Below, piece after piece: positions 1-12,040 of a DNA stretch of 64,000 bases; the stretch's first letter is position 1, and each line of letters begins with the position of its first letter. The notes under the pieces are model-generated. The model saw only the letters and a program-made list of their open reading frames with translations. It ran no database searches and was not told where the DNA came from. This DNA is from an uncultured Acidobacteriota bacterium (GTDB lineage Bacteria; Acidobacteriota; UBA6911). Location of the stretch: NCBI GenBank assembly GCA_963843575.1, contig CAWJKZ010000010.1, forward strand, positions 128,001 through 192,000, in the 5' to 3' direction. Both the position numbers and the translations under genes were made by a program.

Positions 1-1234
1 ACACAATCGGATTGTGGCAGCGCCAGCAGTGGGGGTAGGTGTGCCCGAAGTTCTCGACGTGGAGCAACGCGCCGATGTTTTTGAGGTGTTCCACGATCAG
101 CGGGTTCGCCTCGAGCACCTGCATACCGCCGAACCGCTCGACGTCGGGGGTGAACCGGGCCTTGTCGTCGACCGGGCAAAGGATGTCGAGCCCGTACTTC
201 ACGCCCGTCACGTAGTCGTCGTAACCGTGCCCCGGCGCGGTGTGAACCGCGCCCGTCCCCGCTTCGAGCGTGACATAGTCGGCCAGCACGAGCAGCGATG
301 ACCGATCGATGAACGGGTGGCGCGCCTTTTTCAGGTCCAGCAACCTGCCGCGGAACCGGGCAACCTCGACCGGCTCGTTCCACCCGAGCTTTGCGGCCAC
401 CGCCTTGAGCAGTTCTGTGGCGACGATGAACCCTTTGCCGCCGACCCGAACCGCCGAGTATTCGTAGTCGGGGTGGAATGCGATCGCAAGATTCGCCGGG
501 AGCGTCCAGGGCGTGGTGGTCCAGATCACTATCGACCAGTCTTGCCCACCGAGAGCCGGATTCACGTCCGAGAGGTCCGACACGACCGGAAAGGCCACGT
601 ATACCGAGGGACTCGTGTGGTCTTCGTATTCCACCTCCGCCTCGGCGAGGGCGGTACCGCACGAAAAACACCAGTGCACAGGCTTCAGCCCCTTGTAGAC
701 CAGCCCCTTTTCCACAAACTTGCCGAACGCGCGCGCGATGTCGGCCTCGTAGCCGAAGCTCATGGTGGTGTACGGTTTCGACCACTCGCCGAATACTTCG
801 AGGCGTTTGAACCCGTCGCGCTGCACGTCGATGAACTTCTCCGCGTACTTGCGGCACTCGCGGCGGATCGCAACCTTGTTCATGGCCGCCTTCTTCGGCC
901 CGAGCATCTGATCCACGCGGATCTCGATCGGCAGCCCGTGGCAGTCCCAGCCGGGGACGTATGGGGCGTCGAATCCCATCATACTGCGGGACTTCACGAT
1001 GATGTCCTTCAGGATCTTGTTCGTGGCCGTGCCCATGTGGATCGCACCGTTGGCGTAGGGTGGACCGTCGTGCAGCACATAGGACGGGCAACCCGCCCGG
1101 GCCGCCCGGATCTTGCCGTACACGTCGATCTGCTCCCAGTGCTTGAGCATCTCCGGTTCGCGCTGGGGAAGGTTGGCCTTCATCGGGAAAGACGTCTTGG
1201 GCAGGTTTATGGTGTTCTTCAGATCAAGGGCCAC
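1..1234 (-). CDS. ileS: Isoleucine--tRNA ligase, N-terminal part (runs off window start)
   Basis: Not in the ORF track. Manual minus-strand translation from GTG at 1234 (AGGAG RBS upstream) gives [27 protein letters not shown]..., [16 protein letters not shown] (HIGH-like motif) and [11 protein letters not shown]. Confidence 0.95.
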   Translation of the reverse strand, partial: MALDLKNTINLPKTSFPMKANLPQREPEMLKHWEQIDVYGKIRAARAGCPSYVLHDGPPYANGAIHMGTATNKILKDIIVKSRSMMGFDAPYVPGWDCHGLPIEIRVDQMLGPKKAAMNKVAIRRECRKYAEKFIDVQRDGFKRLEVFGEWSKPYTTMSFGYEADIARAFGKFVEKGLVYKGLKPVHWCFSCGTALAEAEVEYEDHTSPSVYVAFPVVSDLSDVNPALGGQDWSIVIWTTTPWTLPANLAIAFHPDYEYSAVRVGGKGFIVATELLKAVAAKLGWNEPVEVARFRGRLLDLKKARHPFIDRSSLLVLADYVTLEAGTGAVHTAPGHGYDDYVTGVKYGLDILCPVDDKARFTPDVERFGGMQVLEANPLIVEHLKNIGALLHVENFGHTYPHCWRCHNPIV

Positions 1235-1306
1235 GGTATCTCCTGAGAGAAAATCGCTATGATACAAAAAACCGCCGCCGAATTACACAATATGGAGTAC
1301 ACCGCG

Positions 1307-1344
1307 CCTTCCGGCTTCCCGTGGCTTCCGGCTTCCGGCTTCCG
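1307..1344. repeat. Short tandem heptamer repeat (GCTTCCG)n, about 5 imperfect copies
   Basis: ccttccg gcttccc gtg gcttccg gcttccg gcttccg, between the tonB stop and the ileS start. Confidence 0.65.
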
Positions 1345-1350
1345 TTTCTC

Positions 1351-2184
1351 TCAGTAGAGCCTGAAGGACACTTCGATGTTGGCCTGAACGTCGACTGGCT
1401 GGCCGTTGAGGGTGCCGGGCTTGAAGCGCCACTTCGTGGCGATGGTGTTGATCGCGGACTCGTCCAGCCCGTAACCCAGGCCGCGGATAACCTTGAAGCT
1501 GTCGACCGAACCGTCCTTGCGGATGATCGCCTGCAGCAGCACAAGGCCCTCCACGCGGGCTTTGCGCGCATCTTCCGTATATAGGGGAAGGGGCTGGAAG
1601 ATGACGGTAGGGGCCTTCACCCCACCGCCGACGCCGTAAACGCCGTCGCCGGGTCCGCCCGGACCGTTGCCGACGCCCGGACCGCGGCTGTTGCCGCCCA
1701 GACCGCCCGTGCCTGGGGGAGCGTTGATGTCCCCGATGCTCAACTCGTTGCCGATCTGCGCGACGATCTGAGGGGCCGGGTCGGGGACTGTCTGATAGAG
1801 GGGCTCGGGATCGTCGGGGGTGGGATCGGGAAAGGGGAGCGGCTGCGGTTTCGGTTTAGGCACCTCCAGTTTTTTCGGGGCGGTCTTCGGCTGGCCGCCG
1901 CCCGCCATGGAAGGAGGGCCGGCCAGGTTGCGCAGCGTGATCAACTGCCTGTTGTCGGGTATGAAGACGCCTGTCGTGGTGGCGAACCTGAGGACGAAGA
2001 GCAGGATGTGGAAAACCAGGGCAAAGAACATCGCGACCCGCAGCGCCCGCTTGTCGTCGGGATCGTCCGAATCGAGGTAGATGTTGTACGGGTCCACGAG
2101 GCGCGCCCCTGTCGTGTAGGGCCGCAACCCGAAGAATTTCATGAATCGGTCTGAGAACCTGTCCCAGTTTTCCCTTAAGCTCAT
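1351..2184 (-). CDS. Energy transducer TonB family protein (TM anchor, Pro/Gly-rich linker, TonB C-terminal domain)
   Basis: TM helix VAMFFALVFHILLFVL; Pro-rich linker; C-terminal PLYTEDARKARVEGLV...LGYGLDESA...WRFKPG...GQPV. Start chosen at ATG 2184. Confidence 0.88.
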   Translation of the reverse strand: MSLRENWDRFSDRFMKFFGLRPYTTGARLVDPYNIYLDSDDPDDKRALRVAMFFALVFHILLFVLRFATTTGVFIPDNRQLITLRNLAGPPSMAGGGQPKTAPKKLEVPKPKPQPLPFPDPTPDDPEPLYQTVPDPAPQIVAQIGNELSIGDINAPPGTGGLGGNSRGPGVGNGPGGPGDGVYGVGGGVKAPTVIFQPLPLYTEDARKARVEGLVLLQAIIRKDGSVDSFKVIRGLGYGLDESAINTIATKWRFKPGTLNGQPVDVQANIEVSFRLY

Positions 2185-2509
2185 AGTCTCAATATTAGGT
2201 GCCGGAACCATCTGGATCAAGCAAACCGTGATCCTGCATCCTACTAGACGCGTGCCACGCTCAATGGTTTCATCATATTTTCAGGATTTGCCGTGTTTGG
2301 CAAGCCGATTCACTGCCGCCTGACAAATCCGCATCTCTAAGTGGAAAAAACAACTTGCTGTGCGCACCTGTTCCGGTGTGCTAGGATTCGAGGCGCCTGC
2401 GGGCGGCAGGCCTCGAGGTGCCATCCCGGCGGATGCCAAAACGCCAGGTCAGGACGGGAGCGGGACGCGCCGGGGCATTGACTCTTCCTCCAGCCGAAGG
2501 AGAAGGTTT

Positions 2510-4537
2510 ATGGCAGACGTGAAAAGCTCGGGAGGCGGCGGGCTCCATTACAGGCCCTATGTCCCTCCGGAAACCACCATGACGGAGTTCAGCGGGCTGG
2601 CCCTCCTCTACGGCCTGGTGATGTCAGTCATCCTCGGCGCAGCGAACGCCTACCTCGGGTTGAAGGCCGGCATGACGATCGCCGCGACGTATCCGGCCGC
2701 CGTCATAAGCATGGCGCTGCTGCGCATAACCAAGGGGAGCATCCTCGAGGAGAACATCGCCCGCACGATCGGCTCGATCGGGGAATCGGTCGCCGCCGGC
2801 GCGATCTTCACGATCCCCGCCTTCATCATCTCGGGGGTCTGGAACAACCTCGAGGAGCACTACTGGGAAGCCACCGCGATCATGATGGTCGGCGGTATCA
2901 TGGGCGTCCTGTTCGTGACAATGCTGCGGCGCGTCATGGTTGAGGACGTCGAACTCCCGTACCCGGAGTCGGTGGCTGCCGGCGAGATCCACAAGGCGGG
3001 CAGGGCGGGGGGAACCGGGGCGCTCTACCTTGTCGTGGCCGGGGTCATCGGCGCGGCCATCCAAAGCCTGAAGCAGATGAACCTGTTCGCCTCGTCGTGG
3101 GAAAAATTCGTGGGCTTCAAGCGGGGAGGCGTTGTCCTGGGACGCGGGGGGGCGACCCTGCCGGGCAGCGGCGGCATCGTGCTGTCGAGCCCGGGGGTGA
3201 GCCCGGCCTACATCGGGGTCGGCTACATCATCGGGCCGCGGCTCGCCTCGCTGAACTTCGCGGGCGGACTGCTGGCGTGGGGTCTGTTCGTGCCGCTGCT
3301 CCTGTATCTCCTCGGCCCGACCCTGAACCTGTCCGGGACGGGCGGCGACACCGAGGCGTCCTGGCTTGCCCAGGCGACGACGCTGTGGCGCTACATCGTG
3401 CGGCCGATCGCAATCGGAGGCATGCTGATGAGCGCCGTCTACACTCTGTGGCGCATGAGGAAGAATCTCACCGGCGGCATGAAGCGTTCGATCTCCGACG
3501 TGCGCAAGGCGGCAGCGGGCGCGGCGCAAGTCGACCGCACCGAGCAGGACCTGAGCTTTCGTTCGGTCATCATCGGCATCAGCATCGCCGCCGTCTGCAC
3601 GTTTTTCCTCTACAACCACTTCAGCCGGAACGTTGGGGCGGCCATCACCGCGACCGTGGTGATGATCGTCGCGGGGTTTTTCTTCGCGGCCGTTTCCGCG
3701 TATCTGGTGGGGATGATCGGCTCCAGCAACAACCCGATCAGCGGCCTCACCCTTTCCACCGTGATCATCGCCGCCCTCCTGATGGTCGCGCTCGGCCAGA
3801 CAGGGACGGCGGGCATCGCCGCGGTGCTCGGCGTGGCGGGCGTCATCTGCGTGTCGGCGGCCGTCGCGGGCGAAATGCTGCAGGACCTCAAGGTCGGGCA
3901 CATCCTCGGGGGCACCCCCTGGAAGATGCAGGTCGGCGACCTGATCGGCACCGTCGTCGCATCGGCGGCGATGTTCTACCCCATCCTGGTGCTTCACCAG
4001 GGAGACATCAAGGCCAACGGCACGGGACTGGGCGGAGCAAACCTTCCGGCCCCTCAGGCCAGCCTCATGGCGCTCGTGTCGCAGGGTATCGTCGGCGGCG
4101 ACATGGCGTGGCCGCTGATAGGGGTCGGGATCCTGATGGCCGTCGGGTTCATCCTCGTTCAGGTGCGCAGCCCGATGCTCGTGTGCGTCGGGATGTATCT
4201 GCCGCTCGAGACCACCTTCGCCATCTTCATCGGCGGCGTCATCCGCGGCATCGTGGACAAGATGGCGGACGCGAGGCGGTTCAACGCCGCACAGAAAGTC
4301 AGGGTGGAGAACAACGGCGTCCTCTGCGCCGCGGGGTTGATCGCCGGCGAAGCCCTGGTGGGCCTTGTGTTTGCGGCGCTCTACTTCTACGAGATCCCGG
4401 TCTACAGCTTCTTTGATCGACCGTCGTTCGTCGGCAGCCTATGCGTTTTCGCCATCGTCGCCTTCGTGCTGACCGCGATCCCGCTGCGCAACGCGGGCAA
4501 CCCGGACGAACCGGCGCCGCCCAGCGCGATGGCCTGA
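2510..4537 (+). CDS. Oligopeptide transporter, OPT family
   Basis: NAYLGLKAG, LPYPESVAAGE, GSSNNPISG, LQDLKVGHILGGTP, PAPQA motifs; many TM helices; AGGAG RBS before ATG 2510. Confidence 0.95.
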   Translation: MADVKSSGGGGLHYRPYVPPETTMTEFSGLALLYGLVMSVILGAANAYLGLKAGMTIAATYPAAVISMALLRITKGSILEENIARTIGSIGESVAAGAIFTIPAFIISGVWNNLEEHYWEATAIMMVGGIMGVLFVTMLRRVMVEDVELPYPESVAAGEIHKAGRAGGTGALYLVVAGVIGAAIQSLKQMNLFASSWEKFVGFKRGGVVLGRGGATLPGSGGIVLSSPGVSPAYIGVGYIIGPRLASLNFAGGLLAWGLFVPLLLYLLGPTLNLSGTGGDTEASWLAQATTLWRYIVRPIAIGGMLMSAVYTLWRMRKNLTGGMKRSISDVRKAAAGAAQVDRTEQDLSFRSVIIGISIAAVCTFFLYNHFSRNVGAAITATVVMIVAGFFFAAVSAYLVGMIGSSNNPISGLTLSTVIIAALLMVALGQTGTAGIAAVLGVAGVICVSAAVAGEMLQDLKVGHILGGTPWKMQVGDLIGTVVASAAMFYPILVLHQGDIKANGTGLGGANLPAPQASLMALVSQGIVGGDMAWPLIGVGILMAVGFILVQVRSPMLVCVGMYLPLETTFAIFIGGVIRGIVDKMADARRFNAAQKVRVENNGVLCAAGLIAGEALVGLVFAALYFYEIPVYSFFDRPSFVGSLCVFAIVAFVLTAIPLRNAGNPDEPAPPSAMA

Positions 4538-4547
4538 CCGAACCTCG

Positions 4548-4892
4548 ATGAACCGAACCAGGGGCGAACCCCTCAACCTGCTGGAACTCAAACCCAGCCG
4601 GAGTTTGGAGTGGGAGGACAACGCGGACGGCGAAGTCGTGCTGCTGGTCCCTAAATTCAGTGCGCCGCTCCTCCGCCGATGGCTTTTGCCCCTGTTGCCG
4701 ACCCCGGCGTTCCGGGTCAAACTGGACTCGTTCGGCACCTTCGTCTGGCGGCGCTGCGACGGGGTCACCCCGGTCTCCGAAATAGCGGCACAACTGAGCC
4801 GGAGGTTCGGTCCCGGCGTCGAACCCCTGTACGAGCGCATCGAGGTGTTCCTCAGGAAGCTCCAGCAGAACGGATTCATCACGATCGACTGA
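4548..4892 (+). CDS. Stand-alone PqqD-family / RiPP recognition element (RRE) protein
   Basis: 114 aa with LDSFGTFVWRRCDGVTPVSEIAAQLSRRF...IEVFLRKLQQNGFI, the PqqD winged-helix pattern. Confidence 0.8.
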   Translation: MNRTRGEPLNLLELKPSRSLEWEDNADGEVVLLVPKFSAPLLRRWLLPLLPTPAFRVKLDSFGTFVWRRCDGVTPVSEIAAQLSRRFGPGVEPLYERIEVFLRKLQQNGFITID

Positions 4893-4913
4893 TCTACACA
4901 CGAGGGTGCAACC

Positions 4914-6362
4914 ATGCCTAACCCAATCGAAGGCCTGAAACCGCAGATTGTCTGGAAGTACTTCGCCCAGATCGCCCGCATCCCGCGCGGGTCAAAGAAC
5001 GAGGCGGCGATCTCGAACTACCTGGTCGAAACGGCACGCAGTCTCGGCCTGGAGGTCTCCACGGACCCCGTCGGGAACGTCATCGTCAGGAAAGCCGCCT
5101 CCGAGGGGCGCGAGGGCGTGCGCAGCATCTGCCTGCAGTGCCACATGGATATGGTCTGTGAGAAAAACAAGGACAAGACGCACAATTTCGAGAAGGACCC
5201 GATCGAAATCGTGCGCCGCGACAACGTGCTGTGCGCAAACGGGACGACCCTCGGGGCGGACAACGGCATCGGGGTCGCCGCCAATCTGGCCCTCATGGAG
5301 GACAAGACGCTCCCGCACGGCCCCCTCGAGTTCCTGTTCACCGTCGACGAGGAGACCGGCCTGACCGGCGCCAACAACCTGCTGCCGGACTTCGTCCGCA
5401 GCCGCACCCTGATCAACCTCGATTCCGAGGAGGAGGGGTCGCTCTTCGTCGGCTGCTCCGGGGGCAAGGACACCAAGGCACGCTGGGCGGTCGAGTTCGA
5501 ACCCGCGCCTCCCGGACATGCGGCCCTGCAAATTGCCGTTCGCGGCCTTCGCGGCGGGCATTCCGGCCTGGAGATTGACAAGGGCCGAGGCAACGCGATA
5601 AAGCTCCTGACGCGGGTCCTGGCCCGGCTCTCGGAACTGGGCTGCCGCATCTCCAGCCTCTCGGGTGGGAACAAGCACAACGCCATCCCCCGGGAGAGCG
5701 AGGCCACCGTATTGGTCCCGAAGATCAACCTGGACCAGGCCTGCTCCGCCATCGAACGGCTCCAGAGTGTCCTCGGGTCGGAGATTGCCACGGTCGATCC
5801 CGACCTCGGCATCTCGTTCAACAGGCTCAAGGGCACGCGCAGGATACTCAAGCGGACCCAGCAGAAGAAGATACTGCAGGCCCTGACGGCCGTACCTCAC
5901 GGGGTCGTCAGGATGAGCGCCGACCTCCCGGGCCTAGTCGAGACCTCGACAAACCTGGCGGTCGTCGCCACCGGGAGGAAGGACGTGCTGGTCGTCACCA
6001 GCCAGAGGAGCTCCGTCGCGTCCGAGCTGGAGGACATCGCCCACGTCGTCAAGACGGTGTTCGAGATGGCCGGGGCCGAGGTCGCCGTCGGTGACGGCTA
6101 TCCCGGATGGAAACCCAACATGCAGTCGGAAATACTCGGGGTGGCGCAGCGCACCTACGAGGAGGTGTTCGGGAAAGCACCCGAGGTGCGGGCAATCCAC
6201 GCGGGGCTGGAGTGCGGCATCATCGGGGAGAAGTACGCGGGTATGGACATGGTCTCGTTCGGCCCCACCCTCGAAGGCGTGCACTCGCCCGACGAGAAGA
6301 TCTACCTGGACACCGTCGACCGCTTCTGGACCTACCTCACCGCCTTACTCCGCAACGCCTGA
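4914..6362 (+). CDS. pepD: Aminoacyl-histidine dipeptidase (M20C, PepD)
   Basis: LQCHMDMV, TTLGADNGIG, TVDEETGL, NLDSEE, GGHSG, IHAGLECG, HSPDE motifs. Confidence 0.93.
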   Translation: MPNPIEGLKPQIVWKYFAQIARIPRGSKNEAAISNYLVETARSLGLEVSTDPVGNVIVRKAASEGREGVRSICLQCHMDMVCEKNKDKTHNFEKDPIEIVRRDNVLCANGTTLGADNGIGVAANLALMEDKTLPHGPLEFLFTVDEETGLTGANNLLPDFVRSRTLINLDSEEEGSLFVGCSGGKDTKARWAVEFEPAPPGHAALQIAVRGLRGGHSGLEIDKGRGNAIKLLTRVLARLSELGCRISSLSGGNKHNAIPRESEATVLVPKINLDQACSAIERLQSVLGSEIATVDPDLGISFNRLKGTRRILKRTQQKKILQALTAVPHGVVRMSADLPGLVETSTNLAVVATGRKDVLVVTSQRSSVASELEDIAHVVKTVFEMAGAEVAVGDGYPGWKPNMQSEILGVAQRTYEEVFGKAPEVRAIHAGLECGIIGEKYAGMDMVSFGPTLEGVHSPDEKIYLDTVDRFWTYLTALLRNA

Positions 6363-6372
6363 AGCAATCCCC

Positions 6373-6407
6373 GGAGCCGGCCGCCGACGACGTTGGCGAC
6401 CGGCTTC
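6373..6407 (+). terminator. GC-rich hairpin after pepD, possible terminator
   Basis: ggagccggccgccgac-gac-gttggcgaccggcttc imperfect stem with only a weak U-tract. Confidence 0.35.
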
Positions 6408-6448
6408 GTTGTCGAGACCCCTCGCTCCTCCAAAACGCGCGCCCGAAG

Positions 6449-6477
6449 TTGACAGGCTGGTTCCCTGATTTTATTAA
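6449..6477 (+). promoter_or_regulatory. Putative promoter of first hsp20
   Basis: TTGACA-N17-TATTAA, followed by an AGGAGG RBS. Confidence 0.5.
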
Positions 6478-6498
6478 GTCGGCGAAAGGAGGAGCACA

Positions 6499-6960
6499 AT
6501 GACCGTCAAGTTGAGCACCCAGACAAACCCGACTCAGCGGCAAGGGACTTTCCCGGCGTCACCCTTCAGGCTTTTCGAGGACTTCTTCAACGACTGGGCC
6601 CTCAAGACCGCCCAAACAAGGACTTCGGACGATCTCCGGCCGGCCGTCGACGTCATCGAGAAAAACGGCAACATCGTCCTGCGCGCCGAGGTGCCCGGGC
6701 TCAGTGAACAGGACCTAGACCTGCGGATCGAAGGGTCGGTCCTGACAATCCGAGGGGAGAGGAAGCAGGAACCCGAAGCCGAAGGCTACGCCTACCACCA
6801 GGTCGAGGGCTTCTACGGCACCTTCAGCCGTTCGTTCACACTGCCCCAGTCCGCCGACGTCACGCAGATCGACGCAACCTGCAGGAATGGCGTCCTGACT
6901 GTCACCATTCCGCAAAAGCCCGAAACCCAGCCGCGCACCATCAAGGTAGCAGCTAGATAA
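6499..6960 (+). CDS. Hsp20/alpha-crystallin small heat shock protein
   Basis: PAVDVIE...AEVPG...LTIRGER...YGTFSRSFTLP...NGVLTVTIP. Confidence 0.95.
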   Translation: MTVKLSTQTNPTQRQGTFPASPFRLFEDFFNDWALKTAQTRTSDDLRPAVDVIEKNGNIVLRAEVPGLSEQDLDLRIEGSVLTIRGERKQEPEAEGYAYHQVEGFYGTFSRSFTLPQSADVTQIDATCRNGVLTVTIPQKPETQPRTIKVAAR

Positions 6961-7003
6961 TTCCCTGAATGTCAATGGTTTTCAGGATAATCTCGCCCGC
7001 GCT

Positions 7004-7032
7004 TTGACAATGGTCAACTAAGATTTTATATA
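7004..7032 (+). promoter_or_regulatory. Putative promoter of second hsp20/clpB
   Basis: TTGACA-N17-TATATA; the palindrome TTGAC-aatg-GTCAA overlaps the -35 box. Confidence 0.55.
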
Positions 7033-7068
7033 AAGAACGTGCTAAGGAAACAAGGGAGGGTGAGTGAG

Positions 7069-7515
7069 ATGAGAATGGTACCGTATGTTCGGAGAGAGGT
7101 CGGATCCAGGCTGGATCCGTCGAGGGTTTTTGAGGATTTTATCGAAGATTTTCTCGCCCCTGTCTCGGCCCCTTCTTCGGCCCGCAGGTGGATGCCCGCG
7201 GTCGACGTGCTCGAGAAGGACGGGGACCTGATCCTGCGGGCGGAGCTGCCGGGCCTTGAGGAGAAGGACATCGACCTGAAGCTTGAAGGGAATGTCCTTA
7301 CCCTGAAAGGCGAGCGGAAGCTCGAAAACCGGGAAAACGGCGACAACTACCAGCGGATCGAGAGTTTCTACGGTACGTTTTCCCGTTCGTTCACGCTGCC
7401 GGAATCGGCCGACCGCGACAGGATCAGCGCGGACTATAAGAACGGCATTCTGACGGTGAAGGTGCCGCAGCGGCCCGAGGTCAAGCCGCGCGAAATCCAG
7501 GTCAGCGTGCACTGA
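7069..7515 (+). CDS. Hsp20/alpha-crystallin small heat shock protein (tandem paralogue)
   Basis: WMPAVDVLE...AELPG...LTLKGERK...ESFYGTFSRSFTLP...YKNGILTV; GGAGG RBS. Confidence 0.95.
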   Translation: MRMVPYVRREVGSRLDPSRVFEDFIEDFLAPVSAPSSARRWMPAVDVLEKDGDLILRAELPGLEEKDIDLKLEGNVLTLKGERKLENRENGDNYQRIESFYGTFSRSFTLPESADRDRISADYKNGILTVKVPQRPEVKPREIQVSVH

Positions 7516-7526
7516 TCCGGCTTTCC

Positions 7527-7740
7527 CTTAGTACACAGTCTCATAAGTACGCTGACGTATTTTTCAGGACGCAGAACAACAGGGCGATGAAAAACCAAAG
7601 CCAAAACAGAACGCAAATTCCGCGGATCCAACGGATTCACGCGGATCGATCGGGGCCTGTCGCCAGGTCAATCTGTGGGGATCCGCGCGCCTCCGCGTCC
7701 TGACAAATGCGTTGGCGTATTTGTGAACATCAGTACTTAG
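7527..7740. mobile_element. MITE-like element (204 bp, 7532-7735) with 44-bp imperfect terminal inverted repeats, flanked by CTTAG direct repeats
   Basis: CTTAG at 7527-7531 and 7736-7740; TIRs 7532-7575 and 7692-7735 match 32/44 by manual count; homologous inverted copy at about 49525-49876; no coding capacity. Confidence 0.75.
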
Positions 7741-7866
7741 GGTGGTGCGTGGCCGGGATGCATAATGATTGGCAGAGGTGTCTCGCCGCTCGAAGGAACC
7801 GGACGAATGAAAGCACAAAAGGGGCTCCCTGCTGCGGCACGGAGCCCTTTGCGTTGAGGTGGACAC

Positions 7867-10458
<2,592 letters not shown>

Positions 10459-10518
10459 ATGGCCCCCGGATGGGCCCGGCCGGTGTGCTAAAATATCGAT
10501 CTGGGAGGTTGAGCCACT

Positions 10519-11358
10519 TTGGTAAACAACATCAAGACGGTGCTTCTTCTCGGCCTGATGACGGGGCTCATCCTGTTCATCGGCAGCTTCTGGGGCCGGG
10601 GCGGGCTCACAATCGCGCTGGTCATGTCGGTGCTGATGAATGTCGGGAGCTACTTCTTCTCCGACAGGATAGCGCTCTCGATGTACGGGGCCAAGCCGGT
10701 AAGCCGCGAACAATGGCCGCGCCTCTACAGCATCGTCGAGTTTCTCTGCAGCCGCCACAACATGCCGATGCCGAAGCTCTATGTGATTCCGTCGGACTCC
10801 CCGAACGCCTTCGCCACCGGCCGCAACCCGGAGCACGCCTCGGTAGCGGTGACGGAAGGGGCCATGCGGCTGCTGGACGAGAACGAACTCCAGGGCGTCC
10901 TTGCACACGAGATCGCGCACGTCAAGAACCGCGACATCCTTATCAGCAGCATCGCGGCCACTCTGGCCGGCGTGATCATGTGGGTGGCGAACATGGCCCG
11001 TTTCGCGGCATTCTTCGGCGGCGGCCGCGACCGGGAAAACAGCGGCGGCGCCCTGGCCGGCCTCGTTACGATTATCGTCGCCCCGATAGCGGCGATGATG
11101 ATCCAGATGTGGATTTCCCGCACGCGCGAGTACCAGGCGGACGCGAGCGGCGCCGAAGTGTTGGGCAGCGGCCAGGGCCTCGCCTCGGCCCTGCGGAAGC
11201 TGGACGCGTACTCCAAGAGACTGCCGTTGGACGCTTCGCCGAGCACGGCGCACATGTTCATCGTCCATCCGTTTTCCGGCAGCGCGCTGCTCAATCTCTT
11301 CAGCACCCATCCGCCGATTCAGAAGCGCATCGAACGGCTCGTCGGACAAAACCGCTAG
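10519..11358 (+). CDS. htpX: Zinc metalloprotease HtpX (M48)
   Basis: PNAFATGRNP, HEIAH, SRTREYQAD, FSTHPP; TTG start with GGAGG RBS. Confidence 0.95.
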   Translation: MVNNIKTVLLLGLMTGLILFIGSFWGRGGLTIALVMSVLMNVGSYFFSDRIALSMYGAKPVSREQWPRLYSIVEFLCSRHNMPMPKLYVIPSDSPNAFATGRNPEHASVAVTEGAMRLLDENELQGVLAHEIAHVKNRDILISSIAATLAGVIMWVANMARFAAFFGGGRDRENSGGALAGLVTIIVAPIAAMMIQMWISRTREYQADASGAEVLGSGQGLASALRKLDAYSKRLPLDASPSTAHMFIVHPFSGSALLNLFSTHPPIQKRIERLVGQNR

Positions 11359-11428
11359 TTGGCGCAGGGCAGCATCACGGGGCTTGAGAAGGTTCCGGGG
11401 CTGTTGCTGTACCGGTACGGGTAGGAGA

Positions 11429-12040
11429 ATGGACGTCAAGAAAATACCGATCAACGGCGACCCACCGCAGGAATTCCAGGTCATCGACAAGAGGCACTTC
11501 TCCGGTACGGAGGGAATTCCCGCGGGCTCCCCCGGCGAGGAGAGGTCGCGCTACCCCAGCTTTGTCGAGGAATTGATGGGCAAGGTATCGGAAATGGAGA
11601 AGCGTTTCGCGCAGAAGAAGGTCGAGATGCAGGGAGAACTCGACCGCACCAGGGCGCGACTCCAGGCCGACTTCGAGCGGCAGGTCGAGCTCGAGAAGCA
11701 TAAGCTCCTCCTCCCCTTTCTCGAAGTGCTGGACAACCTCGACCGAGCGCTCGACTCTCCGGCCGGCGGCGGGAACTGCGACCGGCTTCGGGAGGGGGTC
11801 GAGATGACGCGATCGCTTTTCCGGGCAAAGCTTGTGGCACAGGGCGTCGAGGTGATCCCGGTTCTCGACCAGCCCTTCGATCCCAACGTTTCGGAAGCCG
11901 TCGGGACCGTCCCGGTGGCGGACGAAGCGAGCGACGGCGTGGTCATGGAGGAGGTCAAAAGCGGCTACAGCCTGGGAGATCGGCTCGTGCGCCCGGCGCA
12001 GGTGCGGGTTGGCCGGTATGCACCCGCGCCCCCGGAATAG
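11429..12040 (+). CDS. grpE: Nucleotide exchange factor GrpE
   Basis: LLPFLEVLDNLDRAL, FDPNVSEAV, GYSLGDRLVRPAQVRV. Confidence 0.9.
   Translation: MDVKKIPINGDPPQEFQVIDKRHFSGTEGIPAGSPGEERSRYPSFVEELMGKVSEMEKRFAQKKVEMQGELDRTRARLQADFERQVELEKHKLLLPFLEVLDNLDRALDSPAGGGNCDRLREGVEMTRSLFRAKLVAQGVEVIPVLDQPFDPNVSEAVGTVPVADEASDGVVMEEVKSGYSLGDRLVRPAQVRVGRYAPAPPE

Noticed and set aside
317-1246. 309-aa plus-strand ORF (and 14-301)
   Set aside because: Antisense to ileS, which the ORF track missed because it runs off the window.
1235-1350. T-box leader for ileS
   Set aside because: The gap is only about 115 nt and has no T-box (TGGNACC) antiterminator on the minus strand.
2443-2467. CCAGGTCAGG resembling the SRP (4.5S) RNA core; nearby GGCGGATG resembling the glmS ribozyme
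   Set aside because: The SRP GNRA loop and AGCAG strand are absent, and the glmS core is not present in order.
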